A stretch of 64,000 nucleotides of DNA from positions 7,228 through 71,227 of the forward strand of contig JAHFMV010000002.1 of assembly GCA_023267655.1 (NCBI GenBank). The letters run 5' to 3'. The stretch is from Candidatus Kaiserbacteria bacterium (lineage in GTDB: Bacteria; Patescibacteriota; Minisyncoccia; Phycocordibacterales; UBA2100). Shown piece by piece: positions 46,678 to 56,424 of this stretch. Below the pieces are notes generated by a model. It had not been told where the DNA came from. It searched no databases and saw only the letters and a list, made by a program, of their open reading frames with translations. The translations under genes were made by a program, and so were the position numbers. How positions within the stretch are numbered: position 1 is the stretch's first letter; every line of letters begins with the position of its first letter.

Positions 46678-47067
46678 ATGAACAGCAAGTCTGGTGTATA
46701 TGTACCACATGAAGATAAGGCTCAGGCCGACAAGGCTTCCGATAAGCCCAACTTTTCGGGTGCGTCACCCCGTTTCATCTTGCAGCAAGAGGCTGGCGCA
46801 CAGCGTGCTGTTGCCGAAAGCGAGAAGTGGCTGATTGCTCGAAAAACGAATCCTCGAGGCGACAGTCGACAAGCATTGGAGAAGCTCGGCTTTACGGTCA
46901 AGGGCGAACACGACGACCTCTTCTACGAGGTTGAACCGCCCGCAGGATGGACAAAGTCGACAAGCGGTTACTGGACAACTGTCTGCGATGAGACCAGCGT
47001 CGAACGCTTCAATCAGTTCTTCAAAGGCGCGTTCTACGACCGCGACGCATTCGCCAATATTGGATGA
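46678..47067 (+). CDS. hypothetical protein (phage-like)
   Basis: AGGAG RBS; FYEVEPPAGW..FFKGAFYDRDAF. Confidence 0.65.
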   Translation: MNSKSGVYVPHEDKAQADKASDKPNFSGASPRFILQQEAGAQRAVAESEKWLIARKTNPRGDSRQALEKLGFTVKGEHDDLFYEVEPPAGWTKSTSGYWTTVCDETSVERFNQFFKGAFYDRDAFANIG

Positions 47068-47293
47068 CACGACCAAATGGTCATATAGGAGCCGCTCTTG
47101 TTCAGGGTGGCTCCTTCTATATAAGAATTGTTCCAATTTCGTCCAAAGCTGCGAGCCATCAGAATCACGTTTGGTTGTATGGGTATTTTAGACACCCGCG
47201 TTGGACATCAGAACTGTTTGCTATATTTTCATATAAAAAGTAATCTTGTACTGGGGGGAAAAGGTTCAACATCAGCACGAAAGGACGAAGACG

Positions 47294-48028
47294 ATGCACC
47301 CCATCACCGCTTTGGCTAAGAAGAACTTCTCTAATCTTGGAACCAATCCGTATCCTGGCAGAGGTATTGTCGCTGGCCTCGACCAGAGCGGCGAATACTT
47401 GGTCCAGATCTACTGGATCATGGGTCGAAGCGGAAACAGCAGAAATCGCGTCTTCAGGGCCGATGACGACACGGGCCGACTCTATACCGAAGCGGCAGAT
47501 GCATCGAAAGTGCGCGATCCGTCGCTCATCATCTACAACGCGATGCTTGAAAGGACACCGCATTTTATCGTCAGCAACGGCAACCAGACGGACATAGTTG
47601 CTGAGGCTTCCGCTCCGCTTCTTCTGAATGTCGCCCTAGGCGGGGCTGCATACGAACCAGACGAACCGAACTTTACTCAGCGAATCACTGCTGTAAGTTC
47701 GCTCAGCAAGGGCCGACCGTATATTCAAATGTCGATTCTGCGAAAATCTATGCTTGATGACGTATACGATCGGGCTCTGTTTATGTACGTGCCGTATCCC
47801 GGTTTTGGGCGTTGTATCACAACGTACGCAGGTGATGGCGATCCCCTGCCGCCGTTCTATGGTGACCCGCTGCTTATGCCGCTTAGCGGTGGAATGAAAG
47901 AGATTGCACACGCCTATTGGGCCGCGCTAAACGAAGAAAATCGAGTGTCGCTTGCCGTGAAGTTCATCGAGACCGGCAACGGACGATCGGATGTTTACGT
48001 GATCAACAAGTATGCGCAGATTGGATAG
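47294..48028 (+). CDS. IMP cyclohydrolase-like (PurO/IMP_cyclohyd family)
   Basis: NPYPGRGIV, IMGRSGNSRNR, DPSLIIYN, SNGNQTD, YEPDEPNFT and ENRVSL motifs. Confidence 0.87.
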   Translation: MHPITALAKKNFSNLGTNPYPGRGIVAGLDQSGEYLVQIYWIMGRSGNSRNRVFRADDDTGRLYTEAADASKVRDPSLIIYNAMLERTPHFIVSNGNQTDIVAEASAPLLLNVALGGAAYEPDEPNFTQRITAVSSLSKGRPYIQMSILRKSMLDDVYDRALFMYVPYPGFGRCITTYAGDGDPLPPFYGDPLLMPLSGGMKEIAHAYWAALNEENRVSLAVKFIETGNGRSDVYVINKYAQIG

Positions 48029-48190
48029 AAGATCTTTGACAATGTCTTCGAGGCCGCATGGTTCGTCCAGCGGCCTCTTTTTATGCGAGAGCAAAATAGT
48101 ACCTTACCCGAAAGAATTAAAAGACTGGTTGTTGTCTCAATAAAATAATGGTATAAGTCTGGCAGTCCGTCTCACGGCGACTGTTCAGTA

Positions 48191-48559
48191 ATGACAGAGG
48201 AAGAGGAGATACACGTGGCTACGGAAGAGAAGGCTACCCTGTATTGCTCGTTCTGCGCAAGGTCGCAGCACGAGGTAAAGAAACTCATCGCAGGACCGAC
48301 GGGGTCCATCTGCGGTGAGTGCACGATCCTATGTCTCGACATCCTGGTCGAGGAAAACTTCCACGACAGAAAGGACATTTCAAGAGAGCAACAGGTGCTC
48401 ATGCGCGAGAAGCGTGTAAATGAGTTGATAACGCTACTCGAAGCTATTATTGCAACAGAGGAAGCACGGAGCCGCCCGTACCTTGCGCTTAAAAAGAAAA
48501 TGTACGAGTTCAAACTCTTGCACGGGCCACTAGAAAAGCAAAAACCTGCTCAACAATGA
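48191..48559 (+). CDS. ClpX-type C4 zinc-finger protein (standalone)
   Basis: [26 protein letters not shown]; no AAA+ domain. Confidence 0.8.
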   Translation: MTEEEEIHVATEEKATLYCSFCARSQHEVKKLIAGPTGSICGECTILCLDILVEENFHDRKDISREQQVLMREKRVNELITLLEAIIATEEARSRPYLALKKKMYEFKLLHGPLEKQKPAQQ

Positions 48560-48641
48560 GCGTTCGCCATCCGACCGCCGCGGTCTTCCCCAGACCCGGC
48601 GGTTCTTTTATTGCAACCGGCGGGTCTGCTAAAATACCAGC

Positions 48642-48887
48642 ATGACTGCCATAGCATCTGGCACCGTCCACAAACTCCCGGACGATTTTCGGAAGGCAAT
48701 TACAGGGACGCCGAAGGTGCTCGCACTCTGGCAGGACATCACACCGCTTGCGCGCAATGAATGGATCTGCTGGGTCACGAGCGGCGTCAAGGCAGAAACG
48801 CGCGGAATCCGCATCGGGAAAGCCATCTCAAAAATGAAAGGCGGCATGCGCCGGCCGTGCTGCTGGGCGGGGTGCGCACACAGATAA
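48642..48887 (+). CDS. YdeI/OmpD-associated family protein
   Basis: LPDDFRKA..WQDITPLARNEWICWV..RRPCCWAGC. Confidence 0.85.
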   Translation: MTAIASGTVHKLPDDFRKAITGTPKVLALWQDITPLARNEWICWVTSGVKAETRGIRIGKAISKMKGGMRRPCCWAGCAHR

Positions 48888-48928
48888 GAAGCGCCCGGAC
48901 CATGCGGTCCGGGCGTCATGCTTTCAGT

Positions 48929-50101
48929 TCATTTTGCGGCTTTCTGACCCCGCTGCATTAGCGCAAGCACTTCGGCTGACGTCCTGTGCTTCTTGTCGCG
49001 AATGGCACCGAGTGTTCGCAGGATGCTGAGAAACACGTCGCCTCCTGCTTTTATCTCTTTCATTGCGGCATCAACTTCTTCATGAGTAGAATTCGCGTAT
49101 AACCTTTCGAGCTCTTGTGACGGCCATAATGCGACTTGCGACTCAACAACCTGTCGAACAAATGTCGAGAGAATATCCTTTCGTCTGGCGGGTTGGTGCT
49201 TCTCTGCACTTTCCGAGTCGTGCCTCGATGCGCCCCTTTTCTTCACGACAAAGATGAGTGACTTCGTGCGGAAAAACTCCGCTGCACACACCGCATTCAA
49301 TCGCTTCTTTCGCATTACAGCGACGAGCAATTTTTGTTCAGCAAACCGGCGTTCATCATCATTCAGTGCATCGTACGACTCGTGACCCGTTGCACCGATA
49401 GGATCGACTATCGACACAAACTTCGAAGATAATTCATCGAGCTCCTGCGCTGTTGGCACCTTTAACCCACCAAGGATTCCCCCAGCGGTTATCGAAAGAA
49501 CGCGCTTTTCGGCCTTATCCTTGATAAGCAATCTGTGGAGATCGGGATGGAGACGTGTTAGGTGTATACGACCGTGAACCTGTTGCTCGTTAATTCCCCA
49601 TGCACTTCTAATTTGACGATACGTAGCGCCAGTGCTCCGAAGACGTACAAACTCGAAACCCTGCTCGAGCTCGTTCAGATCATCCCGTCCTGCATTGAGG
49701 AGTCCAGCTTCGGTTCGATACGCATTTTCGTTTGGATAGATTGCAATCCGCACCGGTACTGCACCAAGCTTCGCGCGGAGTGCATTGCGTCTGCGACGAT
49801 GTCCGCTGACGACCAGATGAAAGAGCCCTTCGTGCTCTTTTGCAACACGTGCCCAGGGAGCGAGCGTGCGAGGCGTAATAACAAGATAATCCAGAACGCC
49901 TTTCTCTGAAATACTTTGAAAATTTACATCAAGCTTGCCCGGATCCATGTCTTTGCGCGGTTGGTCCAGGTCGGGCGCCAGAAGCGCTGGATCAAGATAG
50001 CCAGTCGCACCGTGCACGGTCCACCATGACTCTTCTGTGTCACAAACAGTAACCCTCTTGTCATCAGGAAGCACGACAGTTCGCTTGATGAGCTTCAGCA
50101 T
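48929..50101 (-). CDS. ParB/Spo0J N-terminal domain protein
   Basis: DQPRK..SI..GVL..SGHRRRR..VPV; HTH-like segment. Confidence 0.7.
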   Translation of the reverse strand: MLKLIKRTVVLPDDKRVTVCDTEESWWTVHGATGYLDPALLAPDLDQPRKDMDPGKLDVNFQSISEKGVLDYLVITPRTLAPWARVAKEHEGLFHLVVSGHRRRRNALRAKLGAVPVRIAIYPNENAYRTEAGLLNAGRDDLNELEQGFEFVRLRSTGATYRQIRSAWGINEQQVHGRIHLTRLHPDLHRLLIKDKAEKRVLSITAGGILGGLKVPTAQELDELSSKFVSIVDPIGATGHESYDALNDDERRFAEQKLLVAVMRKKRLNAVCAAEFFRTKSLIFVVKKRGASRHDSESAEKHQPARRKDILSTFVRQVVESQVALWPSQELERLYANSTHEEVDAAMKEIKAGGDVFLSILRTLGAIRDKKHRTSAEVLALMQRGQKAAK

Positions 50102-50289
50102 GGTTCTCTCTCCTTCTCTATGGCTACAAGAAACCTGTTAAGAACAGGGCTGCACACAGCATATCGTGAAAATAGACAAAATCCATCTTGAAAGAAAGCG
50201 CTGGAACATTCACCGTGACATGCGGTCCATGCTGCTGGGTCGGCTGTATACATCGATGAAAACGACTGGCTATGGTATACTGAAAATCC

Positions 50290-50520
50290 ATGTCCAACAT
50301 CACTTCAGATAACGCAATACGCTTCGGCACGCCTTGCATCGCGGGAACGCGCATTAGTGTCGCCGACGTCTTGGGATATATTTCGGCTGGCGATTCGCTC
50401 GAGACGATTATCGCCAATTTCCCGGAATTGACCGAGGAAAAAATTCGCGCGGCGCTCAAATATGCTTCGGACGTTTTGGGCTCGACGTCCAGCGCCGTGC
50501 ATGAAATTCCTGCTCGATAA
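50290..50520 (+). CDS. DUF433 antitoxin
   Basis: FGTPCIAGTRISVADVL..FPELTEEKIRAALKYA. Confidence 0.9.
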   Translation: MSNITSDNAIRFGTPCIAGTRISVADVLGYISAGDSLETIIANFPELTEEKIRAALKYASDVLGSTSSAVHEIPAR

Positions 50521-50821
50521 CCATATCCCGCGGCGGGTGACGGAAGTGCTGGCTGATTCCGCTACTGTGCGCGACGTCCTCTCCGCCGATGCATCCGACA
50601 CGCGTATTTACGAATGGTGCCGTGAGAGCAAAGTCGCGGTTTTTGTTACGAAAGACAAGCAATTCGCCTGGAGAATCGCAGCCGATGGAACTAATCTCAA
50701 GTGCATTTTGTGCATGTATGGCAACATATCTCTGCAAGAAACCGTCGATCTTTTCGCCGCCAACAAATCGCGGATCGAGTATTTCGCGAAATCTCCGCTG
50801 AAAGTCCTCGAGTTGTTGTAA
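50501..50821 (+). CDS. DUF5615 PIN-like toxin
   Basis: MKFLLDNHIP..SDTRIYEW..VTKDKQF; overlaps DUF433. Confidence 0.85.
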   Translation: MKFLLDNHIPRRVTEVLADSATVRDVLSADASDTRIYEWCRESKVAVFVTKDKQFAWRIAADGTNLKCILCMYGNISLQETVDLFAANKSRIEYFAKSPLKVLELL

Positions 50822-50853
50822 CTGCTGCTGTGAACGCAGCAGGACGAGGGGCA

Positions 50854-51015
50854 TCATCCGGTGAGCATCCTTCGCGCAGCAACAAATTCCCGCAACGCGT
50901 CAGCAAGATTTTCTTTTGCCTCGGCTTTTGTTGTTCCTTGGGTATTCACACCCGGGATTTCCTCAACCCACGCAACATACCCAGAGCGTACCTTTTTGTA
51001 TACGGCCGTTAACAT
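50854..51015 (-). CDS. HicB-like antitoxin (orphan)
   Basis: YVAWVEEIPGVNTQGTTKAEAKENL. Confidence 0.82.
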   Translation of the reverse strand: MLTAVYKKVRSGYVAWVEEIPGVNTQGTTKAEAKENLADALREFVAARRMLTG

Positions 51016-51051
51016 ATGCGGACAGCATAGCATACGTGATACAATCTCCGC

Positions 51052-51447
51052 ATGATCGCACACACAGGACTTAATGTGACTCGGTACGCGCGTTCGAAGA
51101 AATTTTATGCGCAGTCGCTCAAGCCGCTCGGTTATAGCGTGCGGATGGATTTGCCGAAATGGAAAGCAGCCGGATTTTCAGACGGGAAAAATCTCGATTT
51201 TTGGATCGGAGAAAAGAAACGTGTTACTCCCATTCACGTTGCGTTTGAAGCGAAGAGTAAGAAACTGGTAGATGCGTGGTACAAAGCAGCACTTAAAGCC
51301 GGCGCGAAAGACAATGGCGCTCCCGGATATCGCGCCGATTATTGGGCAGGATATTATGCGGCGTTTGTCTATGATTTCGACGGCAACAATATCGAAGCGG
51401 TGTACTGGAATTACGCGAAAGCAGGAGAAAAGAAACCTAGGAGTTAG
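51052..51447 (+). CDS. VOC/glyoxalase family protein
   Basis: HVAF, GAKDNGAPG and YYAAFVYDFDGNNIEAV motifs. Confidence 0.9.
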   Translation: MIAHTGLNVTRYARSKKFYAQSLKPLGYSVRMDLPKWKAAGFSDGKNLDFWIGEKKRVTPIHVAFEAKSKKLVDAWYKAALKAGAKDNGAPGYRADYWAGYYAAFVYDFDGNNIEAVYWNYAKAGEKKPRS

Positions 51448-51548
51448 GTGAAAATCGCGACGGCACATCTTTGTTCGTCGTGGGTTGACAAGAGCTATTT
51501 CAATGCTAAAGTACGTACGGTGCAACGCTAACAACGTTAGAGGTTCTG

Positions 51549-51836
51549 ATGCATGTTTCCCAAGATCAGCTCGCTGCCCTTTTCGCACTCAGCAATGGTT
51601 TTATGGTCGTCGCATTCTGGTATTTGCGAGCGAAGAACTTGGCCGAGACAGTGCGTATTGTCCTCGGCTGCTTGATGTTCGGTTCGATCCTCGCGGCGAC
51701 GACGCTGCTTGGCAAACCGGATTTTTCCCAGATGCAAATCGCTGAGATCATCACGACTGCAAAGTGGTGGACGAGCTTCAGCGAGTTTCTAATCGCCATC
51801 ACTGGCCTTTACGCGTGGACGTTCCCGAAGACGTAG
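51549..51836 (+). CDS. hypothetical membrane protein
   Basis: TTGACA promoter, AGAGG RBS, three TMs, terminator. Confidence 0.6.
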   Translation: MHVSQDQLAALFALSNGFMVVAFWYLRAKNLAETVRIVLGCLMFGSILAATTLLGKPDFSQMQIAEIITTAKWWTSFSEFLIAITGLYAWTFPKT

Positions 51837-51902
51837 ACCGCAACTCGGTGTGTACATGTGCCGCCCTTCCAAAAGGCGGCTTTTCTTTTTTGCATTCGCG
51901 TT

Positions 51903-52445
51903 TTACAAATCCTTCAGCGGAAGCTCGCCAGTGTAATCCGACTTGCCGAGTTGGACGCCGTTTTTGCGCAGAATCGCGTAGGCCGTGGTGACGTGGAAGT
52001 AGAAGTTTGGGATAAGGTAGTTCGTCACATACTCGAAGCCTGTCATGGATTTACCACCCCAGTACGTGAGCGTAATCTTCACGCCTTCCTTGCCGATCAC
52101 TTGTTCCGGCTTGATTGTATCGAGAAACGCGACTGTTTTGTCGATGCGGGCTTTCAATTCGGCGACTGTTTTTTCGTTGTCTTCGTATTTCGGCATTTCA
52201 ACTTCCGCGAGACGTGCTGCAGCCCCTTTTGCGTTATCGCAGGCAACCTGAACTTGGCGCACAAACGGAAACTGGTCGGAAATAAGACGGCTCTGCAGAA
52301 GCGCATCTTCCTGCATTCCAGCGGGATGCCAATCGAGCTGCTTCCCTTTTGCGTGCGATGCGAGCTTGTCGAGAATCCCCGAGAGCGCCACGAGTGTCTT
52401 TTTCATCGGCGGAATAGTAACGGTGTACAAATTTGTTTCGTTCAT
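51903..52445 (-). CDS. DUF1993-family protein
   Basis: QVQVACDNAK and PNFYFHVTTAYAILRKNGVQLGKSDY motifs. Confidence 0.9.
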   Translation of the reverse strand: MNETNLYTVTIPPMKKTLVALSGILDKLASHAKGKQLDWHPAGMQEDALLQSRLISDQFPFVRQVQVACDNAKGAAARLAEVEMPKYEDNEKTVAELKARIDKTVAFLDTIKPEQVIGKEGVKITLTYWGGKSMTGFEYVTNYLIPNFYFHVTTAYAILRKNGVQLGKSDYTGELPLKDL

Positions 52446-52551
52446 ACGATGTTGATGAGTAATTGGTAATGAGATGGATAGTGTACCGCAATTATCCACA
52501 GATGTCGCGCCCAGCCGTCTCGTATGGAGCATTTAATGCGATGATGTCGGT

Positions 52552-52929
52552 GTGAACAAGAATGCTTTGACAGTTCTTCGCATCGGCCTCGCCGCAGTCT
52601 TTTTGGCGAATGGCCTCACGGCTTTTTTCATGCCGGAAGAGTTTTCTGATCTTTTGTCGGGATCTTTCGTATCGTTACTCATCCCCCTTCCGATTGCAAC
52701 AATGGTGTTTCTCATTGGAGTTCACGATACGTTGATGTGCATTTTGATGCTGTGCAATGTCGCCAAAAAGTACGTGTTCGGCTGGGCAATTATCTGGCTC
52801 ATCGGCGTTATGATCGTCATTGCAGAACCTCTCGATATCTTGGAACACGTAGGATTCCTGACCATGGCGATCGCTCTCTGGATAAATGCGGTTCCGAATT
52901 TCAGAGGAATTGCCTCATTGATGCGATAG
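52552..52929 (+). CDS. DoxX-like membrane protein
   Basis: LRIGLAAVFLANG; four TMs. Confidence 0.7.
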   Translation: MNKNALTVLRIGLAAVFLANGLTAFFMPEEFSDLLSGSFVSLLIPLPIATMVFLIGVHDTLMCILMLCNVAKKYVFGWAIIWLIGVMIVIAEPLDILEHVGFLTMAIALWINAVPNFRGIASLMR

Positions 52930-52948
52930 TCGAGAATAGTTACCGGCA

Positions 52949-53240
52949 CTAGAAGTGGAAATACCAAACCGGGAACATGCCGGCGAGGACGAGGAATATT
53001 TGAACGGCGAGGATGAAAGATGCTTCTTTCGGCATGCGCGGAAGCCAGGTGAGCGCGAAAATGGGATCAGCAACGCTTCGATGACGAGCCATACTGGAAC
53101 AAATGCGCCGCGACGCCTTCGTCGTGTGCTGGCTCGGATGGAGCGTCAGTAAATATGAGGAAACCCGCGAGCATCGCGATAATGCCGAGTGAGAGCACAA
53201 AAGGAATCCATGCGCTGGGGCGTTTTATGAGAGTAATCAT
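52949..53240 (-). pseudogene. frameshifted small membrane protein
   Basis: MITLIKRPSAWIPFVLSL..DEGVAAHLFQ continues as WLVIEALLIP and FALTWLPRMPKEA..LAVQ in two other frames. Confidence 0.55.
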
Positions 53241-53254
53241 GATCCAACTATACT

Positions 53255-54103
53255 ATGAAATACCCGCGCGCGTTGCACCCTCAAAGCACCACAATGGTCA
53301 AATCGTACGTATCTGCTAGCATGTGGCCTATGCTTGGAACGTCCGTAGCCCGCCAAATGTTGAACAAAGTACCCGAAGTCACGGTCTTCTTTTGGATCAT
53401 CAAAGTCCTCTGCACGACCGTCGGTGAGACTGCCGCGGATTTCTTAAATACGACACTGAACCTCGGCCTCACGGGCACCAGTGTCGTCATCGGCATGCTT
53501 CTCATCGCGGCACTGGTGTACCAATTTTGGACGCGAAAATATGTCCCGTGGATCTATTGGCTTTCAGTGGTCCTCATCAGCATCGTTGGGACGCTCATCA
53601 CCGACAATCTCACGGATAATTTTGGCGTCTCGCTCGAAGCGACCACGATCGTCTTTGCGATTATCCTCGCGATTGTCTTTGCCGTGTGGTACAAAGCCGA
53701 GAAGACGCTCTCGATTCACAGCATTGTAACGACACGGCGCGAAAGCTTTTATTGGCTCGCGATCCTCTTTACCTTTGCACTTGGCACGGCGGCGGGCGAC
53801 CTTGCCTCAGAAAGCCTCAACCTCGGATTCTTTATTTCGGCGCTTATTTTTGCCGGCTGCATCGCGGCAATTACCCTCTCGTATTATCGTTTCGGGCTGA
53901 ATGCAGTGCTTGCCTTCTGGCTCGCCTATATTCTCACACGCCCGCTCGGCGCTTCGATTGGCGATTTGCTTTCGCAATCGCGAGATGACGGTGGCCTCGG
54001 ATTTGGAGCAACCTTCACCAGTATTCTTTTTCTCGCTGCCATTCTTGCGACGGTCATATACCTGACGAGAACCAAAAAGGACGTCGTGGAATTAGAACAG
54101 TGA
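53255..54103 (+). CDS. DUF347/COG4705 membrane protein
   Basis: KVPEVTVFFWIIK..TTVGETAADF, TFALGTAAGD and TRPLGASIGD motifs; start uncertain. Confidence 0.88.
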   Translation: MKYPRALHPQSTTMVKSYVSASMWPMLGTSVARQMLNKVPEVTVFFWIIKVLCTTVGETAADFLNTTLNLGLTGTSVVIGMLLIAALVYQFWTRKYVPWIYWLSVVLISIVGTLITDNLTDNFGVSLEATTIVFAIILAIVFAVWYKAEKTLSIHSIVTTRRESFYWLAILFTFALGTAAGDLASESLNLGFFISALIFAGCIAAITLSYYRFGLNAVLAFWLAYILTRPLGASIGDLLSQSRDDGGLGFGATFTSILFLAAILATVIYLTRTKKDVVELEQ

Positions 54104-54176
54104 TGCGAACCGAGAAATGCTATACTGCCCGTATTATCCCTATTGGCTAGTGGCTAATCACTAGTGGCTATATTAT

Positions 54177-54665
54177 ATGAATCCCGTCGTACATTTTGAA
54201 ATGCCGTTTGAAGACCGCGACCGCGCGGCGAAATTTTATTCGACTGCCTTTGGCTGGAAGCCGCAGATGATGGGACCCGAAATGGGTGAGACGGGGGTGG
54301 GGCCCCGTCGCAAGGCCGGAGGCGCGTCCGGCGCCGAGGCGGGGCCGAGCACTTCGCCAGCAGGCGAAGATGCGTGGCAATATCTCGTCATGCAGACCTC
54401 CGAGACCGATGACAAGGGCATGATCAAGGAAATTGGCCACATTAACGGCGGCATGTTTAAGAAAACGACGGACAATCCTCATCCATCGATCGTGATCTCG
54501 GTGCCCGATATCAAGGCCGCGATGGAAAAAGTGAAAGCTGCGGGCGGAACTGTTTCCTTTACCGAAAACGGCGAACCGATGAATATCCCCGGCATCGGCC
54601 TCTATGTCGGCATTACGGACACCGAAGGCAACCGCGTCTCGATGCTCCAGCCGATGGGGATGTAA
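54177..54665 (+). CDS. VOC-family protein with a 30-aa in-frame insertion
   Basis: PVVHFEMP..AKFY..FGW, INGG and DTEGNRVSMLQ motifs; extra ETGVGPRRKAGG...EDAW segment. Confidence 0.9.
   Translation: MNPVVHFEMPFEDRDRAAKFYSTAFGWKPQMMGPEMGETGVGPRRKAGGASGAEAGPSTSPAGEDAWQYLVMQTSETDDKGMIKEIGHINGGMFKKTTDNPHPSIVISVPDIKAAMEKVKAAGGTVSFTENGEPMNIPGIGLYVGITDTEGNRVSMLQPMGM
54287..54376 (-). repeat. 90-nt structured insertion element, copy 2
   Basis: Reverse complement matches 10252-10339; removal leaves ATG GGG CAA TAT. Confidence 0.9.
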
Positions 54666-54697
54666 GCTTTCATGAACGATGTCATATCGTATGCTCT

Positions 54698-55369
54698 ATG
54701 ATTGATAAAGATTTTAAGACAGAAACCGGGGAAGCGTTCATGCCGGAACTCGATTCGAAACTCCTCGAACGCGCAGGACTTAGCGCAGCAGAAGTGGCAA
54801 ATATACTAGGCGTCTCGAGACAAGCGATCTACCAAGGATTGTCGAGCGGAAAGCGGTATTTCGGCCTTAGCGAATTAGTTGCAATAGTCAACACAACAAT
54901 TGCGTCAGATTCGCCGCGCATCGATTCGCTCCTTGCTTTCATTGAGGCTAATTATCCTTCACGTGAGTGCAACCTCCTTTTACCTGATCGTGTTTCGCTT
55001 GAGCAACTGACACGCGCCACCGAAGATTGCGAACGTGTGATATTTGGATTCAACGGAAATATTGAGCACATCTCACAAGCCTCATTATTTGTGCGTGCAT
55101 TCACGAAAATGTATACTGAGCATCTTTCAAAAGTATGTATTGTCACCCGACAAACATGGCTGCAAGAATGTCTTACACAACAGTATGGGTTGAGCGAAAA
55201 ATATCCCTGCGTCGTCAGCCAAGAATATCAGAATCCGCTCTCGTTTGTTATTGTTAAAAGCAGTACAAAACCTTCACGAGTGTTTTACTTTGGGCAACGC
55301 GCTCTTGCAGAGGCCGATACGTTCAACGCACATTTATTATCGCTCCAAATCGAACGATTGGTAAAATAG
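54698..55369 (+). CDS. HTH-domain hypothetical protein
   Basis: LSAAEVANILGVSRQAIYQ. Confidence 0.7.
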   Translation: MIDKDFKTETGEAFMPELDSKLLERAGLSAAEVANILGVSRQAIYQGLSSGKRYFGLSELVAIVNTTIASDSPRIDSLLAFIEANYPSRECNLLLPDRVSLEQLTRATEDCERVIFGFNGNIEHISQASLFVRAFTKMYTEHLSKVCIVTRQTWLQECLTQQYGLSEKYPCVVSQEYQNPLSFVIVKSSTKPSRVFYFGQRALAEADTFNAHLLSLQIERLVK

Positions 55370-55473
55370 CTACGGTGCCAAGTACGCCTTCCAAATATCT
55401 CCTTTCCAGTGCCACGACATACCCATCGCGCCGAAAACTTTAATGACGATTTCTCTGCGGTATACTTCCCCAC

Positions 55474-56244
55474 ATGCATATTTTTGACGCCGCACTACTT
55501 GGCATTGTTGAAGGCATCACAGAATTCCTTCCTATTTCCTCGACCGGCCACATGATCCTGGCCAGTCAGCTCCTTCACGTGACGCAAAACGAACTCTTAA
55601 AAAACTTTGAGATCATCATCCAGCTCGGCGCGATTTGCGCCGTCGTTGTTTTGTATTGGCGCTCATTTCTTAACATCGAAATCCTCAAGCGCCTCATCGT
55701 CGGCTTTATCCCAACCGGCATCATCGGCCTCGCGCTTTACAAAATCGTGAAGACCTATTTCCTCGGCAACGATTATCTTGTCCTTACGATGCTCGTCCTC
55801 GGCGGCATCGCGCTCATCGCCTTTGAATATTTCCATCGCGAACAGGACACCGCGACGCGGGAAAGCGAAAACATCACCTATCGACAAGCACTCGGCATTG
55901 GTCTCTTCCAGTCGCTCGCCGTTGTCCCCGGTATCTCACGCTCGGCAGCGACAATCATCGGCGGCATGCTCCTTGGCCTCTCGCGCCCAGCTATCGTCGA
56001 GTTCTCATTCCTGCTTGCAGTACCCACGCTTGGCGCGGCAACCGCGCTCGATCTTCTTAAAAGCTACTCGACATTTTCTGCAAACGATATCCGCGTCCTC
56101 GCCGTCGGCTTCATCGCGGCATTCCTCTCGGCGCTCTTTGTGATTCGCCTTTTGTTGCAGTATGTCCGCACACGCACCTTTATTCCCTTCGGCATCTACC
56201 GCATCGTCGCAGCCATTTTGTTCTGGCTGATCATTCTCCGCTAA
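55474..56244 (+). CDS. uppP: undecaprenyl-diphosphate phosphatase
   Basis: EGITEFLPISSTGH and PGISRSAATI motifs. Confidence 0.96.
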   Translation: MHIFDAALLGIVEGITEFLPISSTGHMILASQLLHVTQNELLKNFEIIIQLGAICAVVVLYWRSFLNIEILKRLIVGFIPTGIIGLALYKIVKTYFLGNDYLVLTMLVLGGIALIAFEYFHREQDTATRESENITYRQALGIGLFQSLAVVPGISRSAATIIGGMLLGLSRPAIVEFSFLLAVPTLGAATALDLLKSYSTFSANDIRVLAVGFIAAFLSALFVIRLLLQYVRTRTFIPFGIYRIVAAILFWLIILR

Positions 56245-56281
56245 GTAGCATTTCCGCTAAACACGCGCTATACTGCATCCT

Positions 56282-56407
56282 ATGAGTATTGGACGAATCC
56301 CACCGATTTCCCCGCGCAAATCACATTCGCGCAAGACAAAAAAGCGTCTCGCCATCAAAGCCGCGATGCTTGCAAGCCGTGCAGCGAAGAGAAGCAAGAG
56401 AAGTTAA
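56282..56407 (+). CDS. 41-aa highly basic peptide
   Basis: MSIGRIPPISPRKSHSRKTKKRLAIKAAMLASRAAKRSKRS; TATACT 7 nt upstream. Confidence 0.55.
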   Translation: MSIGRIPPISPRKSHSRKTKKRLAIKAAMLASRAAKRSKRS

Positions 56408-56424
56408 GGTCTACCCCTGAATAT

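Noticed and set aside
48050-48095. TCGTCCA...GAGC as a further att site
   Set aside because: Spacing does not fit GTTC-N5-TCGTCCA-N7-GAGC, and the motif lies in a terminator loop
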